Position numbers and translations under genes: made by a program
NCBI RefSeq assembly: GCF_046119375.1
Contig: NW_027362767.1
Coordinates: forward strand, 127,410,001-127,474,000
Direction: 5' to 3'
Length of the DNA: 64,000 bases
Source of the DNA: Phyllobates terribilis
Taxonomy: Eukaryota
Shown here: positions 10,752 through 22,400 of the stretch, one piece after another
How the letters are laid out: every line of letters starts with the position of its first letter
How positions within the stretch are numbered: position 1 is the stretch's first letter
The notes under the pieces: generated by a model
Seen by the model: the letters and a program-made list of their open reading frames with translations, nothing else
The model's database searches: none
Told to the model about the DNA's origin: nothing

Positions 10752-13700
10752 AACATCCTTACACAGCTGAAAACATAGAATCACAATGTACACGTGTTGT
10801 TTCCTGAAACAGGAAGTTAAAAAATAAAAAAAAAGCCCCAGTGGCCAGTGTGAAAATTGCAAGATTTCTATATTTTTTCAGCAAAAGGAAGGGATTACAT
10901 TGACAGGTAACGCCTCTATATACAGCTGATAAGATCGAATCACAACAGGCGATATCACAGCTGACACTGATCCTCCTTCCTTCACTAGGACGTTTGCACA
11001 AGCTCATTAGATACTTCAATACAAAAGATAGTGTCTAGTGTCTATATACATGTGTTGTTTCCTGAAACAAACAGGAAGTTAGACTGTACAAAAATCCCTG
11101 GTGGACAGTGTGAAAATTGCAATTGTTTTTATTTTTAAAATAGATTGTGATATGTAAGAAAAGAGGGAAAAAAAACACATTTAGCACAAAAATCTGATTT
11201 AAGCAATTGCTTATTTCCTTGTGATCGAATCCCCTTCAGCTCTAGCTTCCCTCGAGAACCCCTCACACCACCCATAAACTCTTTTCAGCCTGGATTGCAG
11301 GACTGTATATTCAGGGGTCACTTTACAAGTCTTTAATGTTATATTAGAACAGTCAGAAAGATATTACAGGCCAGAGAATGGGGAGAAACACAGATAAAAC
11401 TAGAGGGAAGTTGGTTGTTTTGCTCTATTCTTGCCAATTTGTGTTTTAGGCCATACCTAGCTCGGTGGATACCGTGGTTCATTATATTGCTGTAACTTCA
11501 TTGTGATTTGTATATGTAATAAATAGAGATGACCGAATTGTCCATCAGAGTCAAGTTTCTTGAGTTGATTTGCGTTACTCCAAAAGATATATTGACAAAT
11601 TGGCGGGATTGAGATTTGGTCTTGATGTATGTCAGAAAATACAAAGCAAATCTATTCCCCGTGGACTAGATCATCTGTAAACTGCCTGTTCTAAATTGGT
11701 CTTGTACTTACACTTTTTGTTTCCGGCCATTTTTCATAAATACAGGTTAATGTTAACCCAACCGGTCGAACATCTAATATAGACGGGGGCCTTGTGAATT
11801 TATCCTGTGTTACGCCGCTGTCTGGACTCCAGGGCCGGACTCTGCTCCTTTTCCCTATGGCTGCCACCCTTTTCTGTGCTCCACGTCAAATTTCACAACT
11901 TGCCCGGTGAACTTCAGTGACATCACCCAAATCTTTTTAAAGGTCCAGCTAGACAAGTCTGTCTGAGTATTGACCAAGCTTTGTCTTTAGTTCCTATTTG
12001 ATTTGTAGTATGCCACCTGCAATCATCTCTGCACCTACTGTAGTTCCTACTTCTCAGGCCTGCTGGTTAACCCTTCATCTGTTGTTGGACTTGTTAACAC
12101 TTCAAACGTTTCTGAATCAGTGTATCTTCTCAATAAAACAAGCAGCTATACATCGTTTTCTAATTAACCCTTCACCTGCGTTAAACTTAACGAACTCCTG
12201 TCTGGATTTGTTCATATTAGGCTGCTGCAATTCCTGAACTGGCTATATATTTTCAGTTCTTGTGTTTGTCTACACCCCTGGCTCTGTCTTTTTTGGTGCG
12301 TTCAGCCTGCATCCTTGCTTATTCCGTGGTCCTGGTTCTCGCTTGGTTGTCCTTGTTCTACTTGCCATGAGCGCTACACATTGAGCACATTTCTTTTTTT
12401 AGTTTGCCACTTTCTGATGCACTGGGGCTTCATGGCAACACGGAAGTGACAGCCATTATTGGACAAGCCACACAACCAAAACCAATGGTGCTATTAATTT
12501 ATAAATGTCACCTGGCTGTAATAAGCAGCCAGATGTTTGCATGGGATTTACGATGAAGTGTATGGACGCACAGGTGTGTGAAAGTTTTGAGCTGAAATCC
12601 AATGAGGCTGGATTGCTTGGATTGGGAGCTGTTTCGACACAGCCCCTATTGACAAGCATTCGTTGCGATGTTGAAATGTGACACCATTTTAAGGTCGTCC
12701 TAACCTTTTTTTTTAACAAAATAGTTATTGACTGGTCATTGAAAAAAATAGTTCAGAAAGGCTAAAGCCTCCCCCATCCCATACACATTAGACTAATGTT
12801 GTCCGCACCCGCCGCTATTGATGGATTCGGATGACACATGAATTGAGGTGCCGGCAAACTGATTGTCGGGGGAGAAGTCAATGATAATTTTAAAAAATAA
12901 AATTAGTCATGAAAAGTGTTGTTAACTGACACACATCATTAAAATCCCGAAGCCATGTTTTAAAGAAAGAAGACAGTAACCCAATTCTTGCCCGCCTCTC
13001 ACACGATCGGCACGGGCACGGGGCAGTGAATCATGGCACGGTTTCTATCCAGTTAAAGCAGGAGCAATCAACAATTGCTTTGTCTCGGAGGAGAATATTC
13101 ATAGCTGACTGCACAAGTCACAGTTATAAATAATGAATGTTTTATCTCTGTGACCTGTACTAATGACTAATGTGTACAGAGTCATAGCCCTGGGACTGAC
13201 TAAGCTCTCCGGCCTGCCAAACAAGTCCATGCGAACACTGGATCTGCACAGCTGACATGTCTCTACAGGTAACCGAATACAATCTCCTTAATGGGGTGAC
13301 ATCAGTGTCCCAAGCAATTTCCTGCTATAGGGCCCATCACTCATCCCAAAGGTCAGGAGCAAGTGACCTGAGTGAGGTAGTGATCGAGTGACAGCACTAG
13401 AGGGAAGAAGATCTATTGAGTGTAAATGGTCAGTCCACATTGCCTGACTGTAGTCATTTTTTTTTAATTATAGGGCCCACCTCTCATCCTTTAGGTGAGG
13501 AGCAGGTGACCTTAATGAGGTAGCGATCTAGTGACAGCACTGAAGGCAAGTGATTGGCACTTCACCACAACAGGATCAACAAAGCAGGGCAAGGGATTTA
13601 GTAGGCACGTGTAAATTATATTATCCCATATTGCCTATTTTAGTCTTTTTTTTTTTAAAATCGCAAAAAAACTTCCTTGTGATTTACTCAAAAATTCTAT

Positions 13701-14395
13701 TTTCCTTGGCCCTTCTTATACCTAGGCATCACTTCTACCCATTAAATGGCGCTGTCAAGCATGACCGCTGCATTTAAAAGGTATCCAATATGGCTGCCGT
13801 CAGTTTGAAGCCCATCAGCATCCTACACGACGTGATCGCTGGAGGGCAATGGGTTGCCATGACAGCCAGAGGCACTATGAAGGCCTCTGTCTGTCGTGGT
13901 TTTATTCCTAAAAAGCCCAGCCGACCACGGCAGACACAGAAAAACTCTGGTTGTCATGGCTGGGCTTCATGGTGCTGGGCTTCATCAGTAGTTTTCCAAT
14001 ACACTCCAATACTATTGTAGTGCAGTGTATTGTATAGGCACAGAGTTCACTCTCCTAAAAGGAGAAAAAGTACAAAAAAACCATTAATAATACTTTAAAA
14101 AGATATAAAATGTTTATATAACCCCCATTTTTCCCCCAAATGTAAAAGCAGAATAAAAATAATAACAAAAATATATATACAAAAGAATAAATAAAATGAA
14201 AAAAAATAACATGTGCTGCATGCACAATTACCCAAAATAATAAAATATTTATCCTATACGGTAAATGCTAAAAAAGTAAAAATAAATATTTAAAAACAGC
14301 AGAACTTATGATTTTTGTCTTTTATTGTTTGAACTTATGTCCCCCAAAAAAATTCAATAAAAAAAGGAATCAAAATGTGATATGTACCCCAAAAA

Positions 14396-15346
14396 CTGTA
14401 GAGAACCCTCCACTGCCCTAACTGTAGAGAACCCTTCACTGCCCTAGCTGTAGAGAATGCCTCACTGCCCTAGCTGTAGAGAATGCCTCACTGCCCTAGC
14501 TGTAGAGAACCCTTCACTGCCCTAGCTGTAGAGAATGCCTCACTGCCCTAGCTGTAGAGAACCCTTCACTGCCCTAGCTGTAGAGAACCCTTCACTGCCC
14601 TAGCTCTAGAGAACCCTTCACTGCCCTAGCTGTAGAGAATGCCTCACTGCCCTAGCTGTAGAGAATGCCTCACTGCCCTAGCTGTAGAGAACCCTTCACT
14701 GCCCTAGCTGTAGAGAATGCCTCACTGCCCTAGCTGTAGAGAACCCTTCACTGCCCTAGCTCTAGAGAACCCTTCACTGCCCTAGCTGTAGAGAATGCCT
14801 CACTGCCCTAGCTGTAGAGAACCCTTCACTGCCCTAGCTGTACAGAATGCCTCACTGCCCTAGCTCTAGAGAACCCTTCACTGCCCTAGCTCTAGAGAAC
14901 CCTTCACTGCCCTAGCTCTAGAGAACCCTTCACTGCCCTAGCTCTAGAGAACCCTTCACTGCCCTAGCTCTAGAGAACCCTTCACTGCCCTAGCTCTAGA
15001 GAACCCTTCACTGCCCTAGCTCTAGAGAACCCTTCACTGCCCTAGCTCTAGAGAACCCTTCACTGCCCTAGCTCTAGAGAACCCTTCACTGCCCTAGCTC
15101 TAGAGAACCCTTCACTGCCCTAGCTCTAGAGAACCCTTCACTGCCCTAGCTCTAGAGAACCCTTCACTGCCCTAGCTCTAGAGAACCCTTTACTGCCCTA
15201 ATTGTAGAGAACCCTTCACTGCCCTAGCTCTAGAGAACCCTTTACTGCCCTAATTGTAGAGAACCCTTCACTGCCCTAGCTGTAGAGAACTCTTCACTGC
15301 TGTAGCTGTAGAGAACCCTTCACTACCCTAACTGTAGAGAACCCTT
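14396..15346. repeat. 26-bp minisatellite, about 36 copies
   Basis: Unit CTGTAGAGAACCCTTCACTGCCCTAG with AATGCC and CTCTAG variants. Confidence 0.95.
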
Positions 15347-16259
15347 TCCTAAATCGATGTCTGAATGACCTTCTTTCTGAACATAATGAGTGCTCTGTGG
15401 TCCTTTGTAGATTTTAAGGAGTTAATAAATCAGGTTGCCAGTTCCTTGTACTGACCAAGCATCTAAATTCTTCTCCACCCTCAGATTTAGTGTCACAGCT
15501 GGTAAAACAGGGTGGAGGCAGAAGGCGTCCTGTGATGTAAATTCGTCGTATACATTCTCATGTCTGATCATCATAATTAATTATAAACCAGTAATTAAAA
15601 CGTAGCTCAAAAAAATCATAGCCTTTTATTAAAGAGATCCCAACACCGGAGCGTAAAACACTGAACAAATCCCCAACGAGAAAGCAGGCCTAATATAATA
15701 ACCAATATATTCACATGGCATCAGATCCTCCTCATCAGAAGTAAAAGCGTTCAGATCACTGGTCCCCAAACTGTAACGCTCCAGCCATAAGCATACTACA
15801 ACTCCCAGCATGCCCTGACATTAGACACCTTTGTGGATTGTAAGCCACAAGACAAGTGGTTTAAGAGTTTAGGGATCCCAATTATAATAAATTATGTTAC
15901 CAGGGAGAAAACAATGACAGCTTTTTTTTTTTTTAAAGATCGCCCCACACCTGTCAGATGGTTGTGTGTGGTACTGCAACTCTCTTAAATGCATAGGTTT
16001 TGGGCTAAAAAACATTTTTGCAATTGGGTGTCAATGAAAATTTTGCACCGTTTACCTTCTATAATCTCTGCGTTGTACTGCCTATTGCTGGCTGGAGAAT
16101 GAGTTAACTGAGGATATGTCAGTGAGCTCGTTTTGGAGAAAAAAATAATAAATGATAACTATTTATGTCTCCCAAAAGTGGACAACCGCTTTAAATAGAG
16201 CCGAGCAGCAGTAACGGATATAGTCCCATAGGCAGGTGTGGCACGGTTTTATATATTTT

Positions 16260-16265
16260 TTTATT
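16260..16265 (-). terminator. Candidate ZFYVE19 polyadenylation signal
   Basis: AATAAA on the minus strand about 110 nt after the stop. Confidence 0.3.
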
Positions 16266-16374
16266 CTGGGGTACCCCTTTACCATGAAGCAAGGCATATA
16301 CAAGGGGGTCTGCATTTACTGTGTAGAGTAAACAGATCCTGATTAGGAGCAATATGCCCTATTTTAGTCCCCTA

Positions 16375-16453
16375 TTATCGCCCTTTCTTTTTTTGTGGAG
16401 GGCGATACACAGAGGTCCGGTGCTCCTTCCGGTCAAATTCATCATGTCCTTCC
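16375..16453 (-). CDS. ZFYVE19: ZFYVE19 last coding exon
   Basis: ttccgttacag|G GAA GGA CAT...CGA TAA; [25 protein letters not shown]. Confidence 0.92.
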
Positions 16454-19400
16454 CTGTAACGGAAAGAAAGGAAATTCTATTATCTATCTGCAGGCAAAAA
16501 AAAGAGAGAAGCCATCATTAAAGGGATATTCCCATTACAGACATCCATGTGTATCCATACAATAGAAGAGAATTGCTGGACAGAAGTGGGTGTCACCTTG
16601 GCGAGATCTGCACCTATGCCAAGAATATAGTGGGGTGGCTTCTGGTCAACGCATCTGGCCCGTTAAGGGGGCACCCAGCGCCCGGTTGCGATAAGGGGGC
16701 ACCCAGCGCCCGGTTGCGATAAGGGGGCACCCAGCGCCCGGTTGCGATAAGGGGGCACCCAGCGCCCGGTTGGATAAGGGGGCACCCAGCGCCCGGTTGC
16801 GATAAGGGGGCACCCAGCGCCCGGTTGCGATAAGGGGGCACCCAGCGCCCGGTTGCGATAAGGGGGCACCCAGCGCCCGGTTGGATAAGGGGGCACCCAG
16901 CGCCCGGTTGCGATAAGGGGGCACCCAGCGCCCGGTTGCGATAAGGGGACACCCAGGGCCCGGTTGCGATAAGGGGACACCCAGCGCCCGGTTGCGATAA
17001 GGGGGCACCCAGCGCCCGGTTGCGAAAAGGGGGCACCCAGCGCCCGGTTGCGATAAGGGGACACCCAGCGCACGGTTGCGGTAAGGGGAAACCCAGCGCC
17101 CGGTTGCGGTAAGGGGAAACCCAGCGCCCGGTTGCGATAAGGGGGCACCCAGCGCCCGGTTGCGATAAGGGGGCACCCAGCGCCCGGTTGCGATAAGGGG
17201 GCACCCAGCGCCCGGTTGCGATAAGGGGGCACCCAGCGCCCGGTTGCGATAAGGGGGCACCCAGCGCCCGGTTGCGATAAGGGGGCACCCAGCGCCCGGT
17301 TGCGATAAGGGGGCACCCAGCGCCCGGTTGCGATAAGGGGGCACCCAGCGCCCGGTTGCGATAAGGGGGCACCCAGCGCCCGACCCCGATAAGGGTGCAC
17401 ACACCACCCTAATTTGCACATTGAATAAATGTATATTTCTGGACAGTAAAGGCAATGGTTACTACACTAGAGGTACACTTTTTATGGGGGTTCATACTTT
17501 ACATAACTGTGCGCTTAAGTTTAATTTGTGTATTGGGGTTGACAAACTCCCTCTCGGCTCCCTCCATTCACCTCTATGAGAATTAGAGGGGTTGTGTAAG
17601 GAAAACAAGTGATCATATTGATCGGTGGTGGGCTGACCTCTGGGACCCGCACCGATCAGCCGCATGGGGCACATTTATCCCCGTTAGACTGGAGAAGAAG
17701 CGGAGATGCTCAAATGCCGCTCCATTCATTCTCTATGGAGCTGGTGAGAGCTGCACTCGTTTTTTTTCCGTCAGCCCATAGAGCAATTTTTGCCCATTTA
17801 CGAACGACACAACCACTTTAATTAATCATATATCAATGTAAGGTTTTCGCTTCCCTTTTTTATGTTGGGAGGTAATTACCGCCAAATTTATCACTTTTGG
17901 CGTCTTAGATGGTTACTAGCAGGATTTCAATGGGAGGAATAAAAGCGGTCAGCAATTTGGGGCGTCCCGCCCTCGGTATTAGCCAGGCTTGGCTATAGAC
18001 CAGTCTGTCACATTTATGGTGGAGAAGCCTCTGGGAGCTGATGATACCTGAAGCACCGCTGGCAGTAGAGATCATCATCACAATCATGGCATCTTATAGC
18101 CGCGTCCTCATTGCAGATACAACACCAGGGCAGCTCCTCCTCATCGCTGTCGGGGTCCTTTACTTTTCCTGTTGTGATTCTAGTGGGTTGGATCTCTGCT
18201 GACGACTAATATAGGAATATTAGGAATTAATATTAATTTTAGACTTCATGCAAAATGTCAGATACAAAAGGCTGAAGCTCATGGAAAAGCTCCTGTACAT
18301 TCCTAGTACAGATACCTGTAGAGAAGGTGTGGAAGGTACATTGACGACATTACTCAGAGTCCAATTTAAAGGGGGTTTTGCGGTTTCGGGAAATCCCTCT
18401 CTCCTAACTGCAGTTTATAAACTTTCTTTAATCAACCTCCCCAGGTCCAATGCAGAGTCTTTGCCGCTGTTCCTGGTGTCTGTTATTGTCTGCAGTACAG
18501 ACATCACTGCAGACAATCAGTGAGCTCAGTGACTCATGTCGTCTACTCTGGCAGAGGACACTGATTGGCTGCAGCACTGTCAAGCAATTTTGCAACCATT
18601 CTAAAGATATTAACATTTTTCTTTTCTTTTGTTTACAGGTCGTTGCCTTGGAGACCGACCACCGCTGCTAAACAGCAGAACATGTGCAGTGCTTACCATC
18701 TCTTTTCTATTGACCTTGTAAGTACTGTTTTGAAGCTGGCTAGGATTACTGGAGCCCTGTTACCTTCTAAACGTGGGGAACTTCAGTACAGTGCTTACAA
18801 GCAGCAGTGGTCGGTCTCCTAGGCAACGAATTGTAAACAAAAGAAAAATGTTAATAGCTCAAGAACGGCTGCAAATTAAAAAAAATAACAATAAATTGCA
18901 AAAGTGCTCGTTTTTACAAGCTCTATCCAACAATATCAATATAGATTGGCACTACCTCGGTCCAGCATCTACTTTGAGTCTTGGCATAAGTACGAGGATA
19001 CAGAGGTAATGGGATGAAAGCCATTGTGTCACTGCAGACACTTTGGATCTATGTTGGCACATTATGGGGTGACGCTGGGTGCTGTGTGTGTAGGGTAAGA
19101 AAGCAAAAACTCTAAATACAGTCCTGGGCACGATGCATGATACTGTGGCACGGGGGCAGTGATTGCAAGAGGCGCTCAGGATGCCGGCAGTCAGGTGCTG
19201 GCCAAGGCAGTTGGCACTGCCCTGGTCTGGCTGGTATGGAGTCCCGATGTGAGCGCTGGAGCAGGGTACCGCCAACCTTCTTCACTCCTCTCTAATAACT
19301 TGTACTTACCCATCACTCATCGCATTATTAATTTATGTATTGTTTTATGGAGATTTAGCAATTCAATTGGAGATACTAGGGTAAAAACCCCTGGCACAAA

Positions 19401-22400
19401 CAGGATGACCCATAATAAGGGGGTGTCCAGGTATGTATACTGAGGACTTATGCACAGGATAAATCATCAATATCACATGGTGGGGATTTAACATGCCTTC
19501 CAAGTCTGCAGCAGCCAAAGTTCCCAGTACACAGTGTAGTAGCCGCAGCTCAGATCCCATTCACTTCAATGGGAGCCGAGACACCAATTGTGAAAGCAGC
19601 CACTACACAGTGTACAAAGAGGTGCGCCGATCCACCTCCATACACAGTGTACAGAGGTGTTCAACGATAAGCCCCCATACACAGTGTACAGAGGTGTGCG
19701 CCGATCCGCCCCCATACACAGTGTACAGAGGTGTGCGCCGATCCGCCCCCATACACAGTGTACAGAGAGGTGCGCCGATCCGCCCCCATACACAGTGTAC
19801 AGAGAGGTGCGCCGATCCGCCCCCATACACAGTGTACAGAGAGGTGCGCCGATCCGCCCCCATACACAGTGTACAGAGAGGTGCGCCGATCCGCCCCCAT
19901 ACACAGTGTACAGAGGTGCGCCGATCCGCCCCCATGCACAGTGTACAGAGGTGCGCCGATCCGCCCCCATGCACAGTGTACAGAGGTGCGCCGATCCGCC
20001 CCCATGCACAGTGTACAGAGGTGCGCCGATCCGCCCCCATGCACAGTGTACAGAGGTGTGCCGATCCGCCCCCATACACAGTGTACAGAGGTGCGCCGAT
20101 CCGCCCCCATGCACAGTGTACAGAGGAGTGCCGATCCGCCCCCATGCACAGTGTACAGAGGAGTGCCGATCCGCCCCCATGCACAGTGTACAGAGGTGTG
20201 CCGATCCGCCCCCATACACAGTGTACAGAGGTGTGCTGATCAGGCTGACCTACCTCCATACACAGTGTACAGAGGTGCGCCGATCCGCCCCCATGCACAG
20301 TGTACAGAGGTGTGCTGATCAGGCTGACCTACCTCCATACACAGTGTACAGAGGTGTGCTGATCAGGCTGATCTGCCTCCATACACAGTGTACAGAGGTG
20401 TGCTGATCAGGCTGATCTGCCTCCATACACAGTGTACAGAGGTGTGCTGATCAGGCTGATCTGCCTCCATACACAGTGTACAGAGGTGTGCTGATCAGGC
20501 TGATCTGCCTCCATACACAGTGTACAGAGGTGTGCTGATCAGGCTGATCTACCTCCATACACAGTGTACAGAGGTGTGCTGATCAGGCTGATCTGCCTCC
20601 ATACACAGTGTACAGAGGTGTGCTGATCAGGCTGATCTGCCTCCATACACAGTGTACAGAGGTGTGCTGATCAGGCTGATCTGCCTCCATACACAGTGTA
20701 CAGAGGTGTGCTGATCAGGCTGATCTGCCTCCATACACAGTGTACAGAGGTGTGCTGATCAGGCTGATCTACCTCCATACACAGTGTACAGAGGTGTGCT
20801 GATCAGGCTGATCTGCCTCCATACACAGTGTACAGAGGTGTGCTGATCAGGCTGATCTGCCTCCATACACAGTGTACAGAGGTGTGCCGATCCGCCCCCA
20901 TGCACAGTGTACAGAGGTGTGCCGATCCGCCCCCATGCACAGTGTACAGAGGTGTGCTGATCAGGCTGACCTACCTCCATACACAGTGTACAGAGGTGTG
21001 CTGATCAGGCTGATCTACCTCCATACACAGTGTACAGAGGTGTGCTGATCAGGCTGATCTACCTCCATACACAGTGTACAGAGGTGTGCTGATCAGGCTG
21101 ATCTGCCTCCATACACAGTGTACAGAGGTGTGCTGATCAGGCTGATCTGCCTCCATACACAGTGTACAGAGGTGTGCTGATCAGGCTGATCTACCTCCAT
21201 ACACAGTGTACAGAGGTGTGCTGATCAGGCTGATCTGCCTCCATACACAGTGCATTTTGTGTTTGCAGAGCGGGCTGTCAATCAATCTGCAGGTGACTGT
21301 ATCTCTCTCTGCATCCCCCCAATGACTGGAAGAATATAACTTCTTTTCTCCATGTAGCCAGCCAAACAAGATTTATACACTATTTACCAGCAGATTAACC
21401 CTATATATGGCGTTTTTTCTGGAGCTAACAAGTTCCCTTTAAAAAAGTGTTGGTGGATTGCCATTAAGAAATGTCCATTATCTTGGAGAAAAGGCCGCTT
21501 TAATAGCAACTTAATTACTTTGTGCAAATATATCAAAGGTCAGGATAGAAAGCTATTGATCTCTCCATGCCAAGGCCAGTGACTGTGACAAGGGTTGTCC
21601 ACTGCATGTAAAGTAAAGAAGGTTTCTTCAGCATCAGCAGAAGGAAGACTCTTTACTGTAAAAGCAGAGAGACAACAGAGCTCTCGTCCTCAGTGCACAT
21701 TATTTAAGTCATCAATTTATAAAGATTTCGTTACAAGTAGAGATGAAATTTGCAGGACCCTGGTCCATTGCCCAGGTCAGCAGTCTGTGCCTGTTGGACT
21801 GGAGCCCCATTACCCACCTCCTACCTGCATCCCCAGCTCCACTTTTGATTAGCTGGCCTGGCCAGACGTCATGTTGATGACATCTCACAAGACTGGTTAA
21901 TCAAAAGAGCAGGAAGTCAGTGTGGTGGAACTTCAGCCAATAGGGGCAGAGCAGGAAGTCAGTGTGGTGGAACTTCAGCCAATAGGGGCAGAGCAGGAAG
22001 TCAGTGTGGTGGAACTTCAGCCAATAGGGGCAGAGCAGGAAGTCAGTGTGGTGGAACTTCAGCCAATAGGGGCAGAGCAGGAAGTCAGTGTGGTGAAACT
22101 TCAGCCAATAGCGGCAGAGCAGGAAGTCAGTGTGGTGGAACTTCAGCCAATAGCGGCAGAGCAGGAAGTCAGTGTGGTGGAACTTCAGCCAATAGCTGCA
22201 GAGCAGGAAGTCAGTGTGGTGGAACTTCAGCCAATAGCTGCAGAGCAGGAAGTCAGTGTGGTGGAACTTCAGCCAATAGCTGCAGAGCAGGAAGTCAGTG
22301 TGGTGGAACTTCAGCCAATAGTTGCAGAGCAGGAAGTCAGTGTGGTGGAACTTCAGCCAATAGCTGCAGAGCAGGAAGTCAGTGTGGTGGAACTTCAGCC

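Noticed and set aside
11808-12378. Possible additional solo LTR (TGTTACG...CTACA)
   Set aside because: Only the termini are suggestive; no TSD or sister copy in the window.
15330-15385. Minus-strand EGHSDIDLGKG as the ZFYVE19 last exon
   Set aside because: The nearby AG is in the wrong phase; the exon at 16375..16453 has the right phase and a far better match.
16664-17395. CTCF array in the 28-bp repeat (AGGGGGCAC)
   Set aside because: The 5' half of the core (CCASY) is missing.
16614-17455. 250-270-aa ORFs in three frames
   Set aside because: Translation of a stop-free 28-bp minisatellite inside a ZFYVE19 intron.
19493-20406. Multiple 180-250-aa ORFs on both strands
   Set aside because: Minisatellite artefacts with no splice or homology support.
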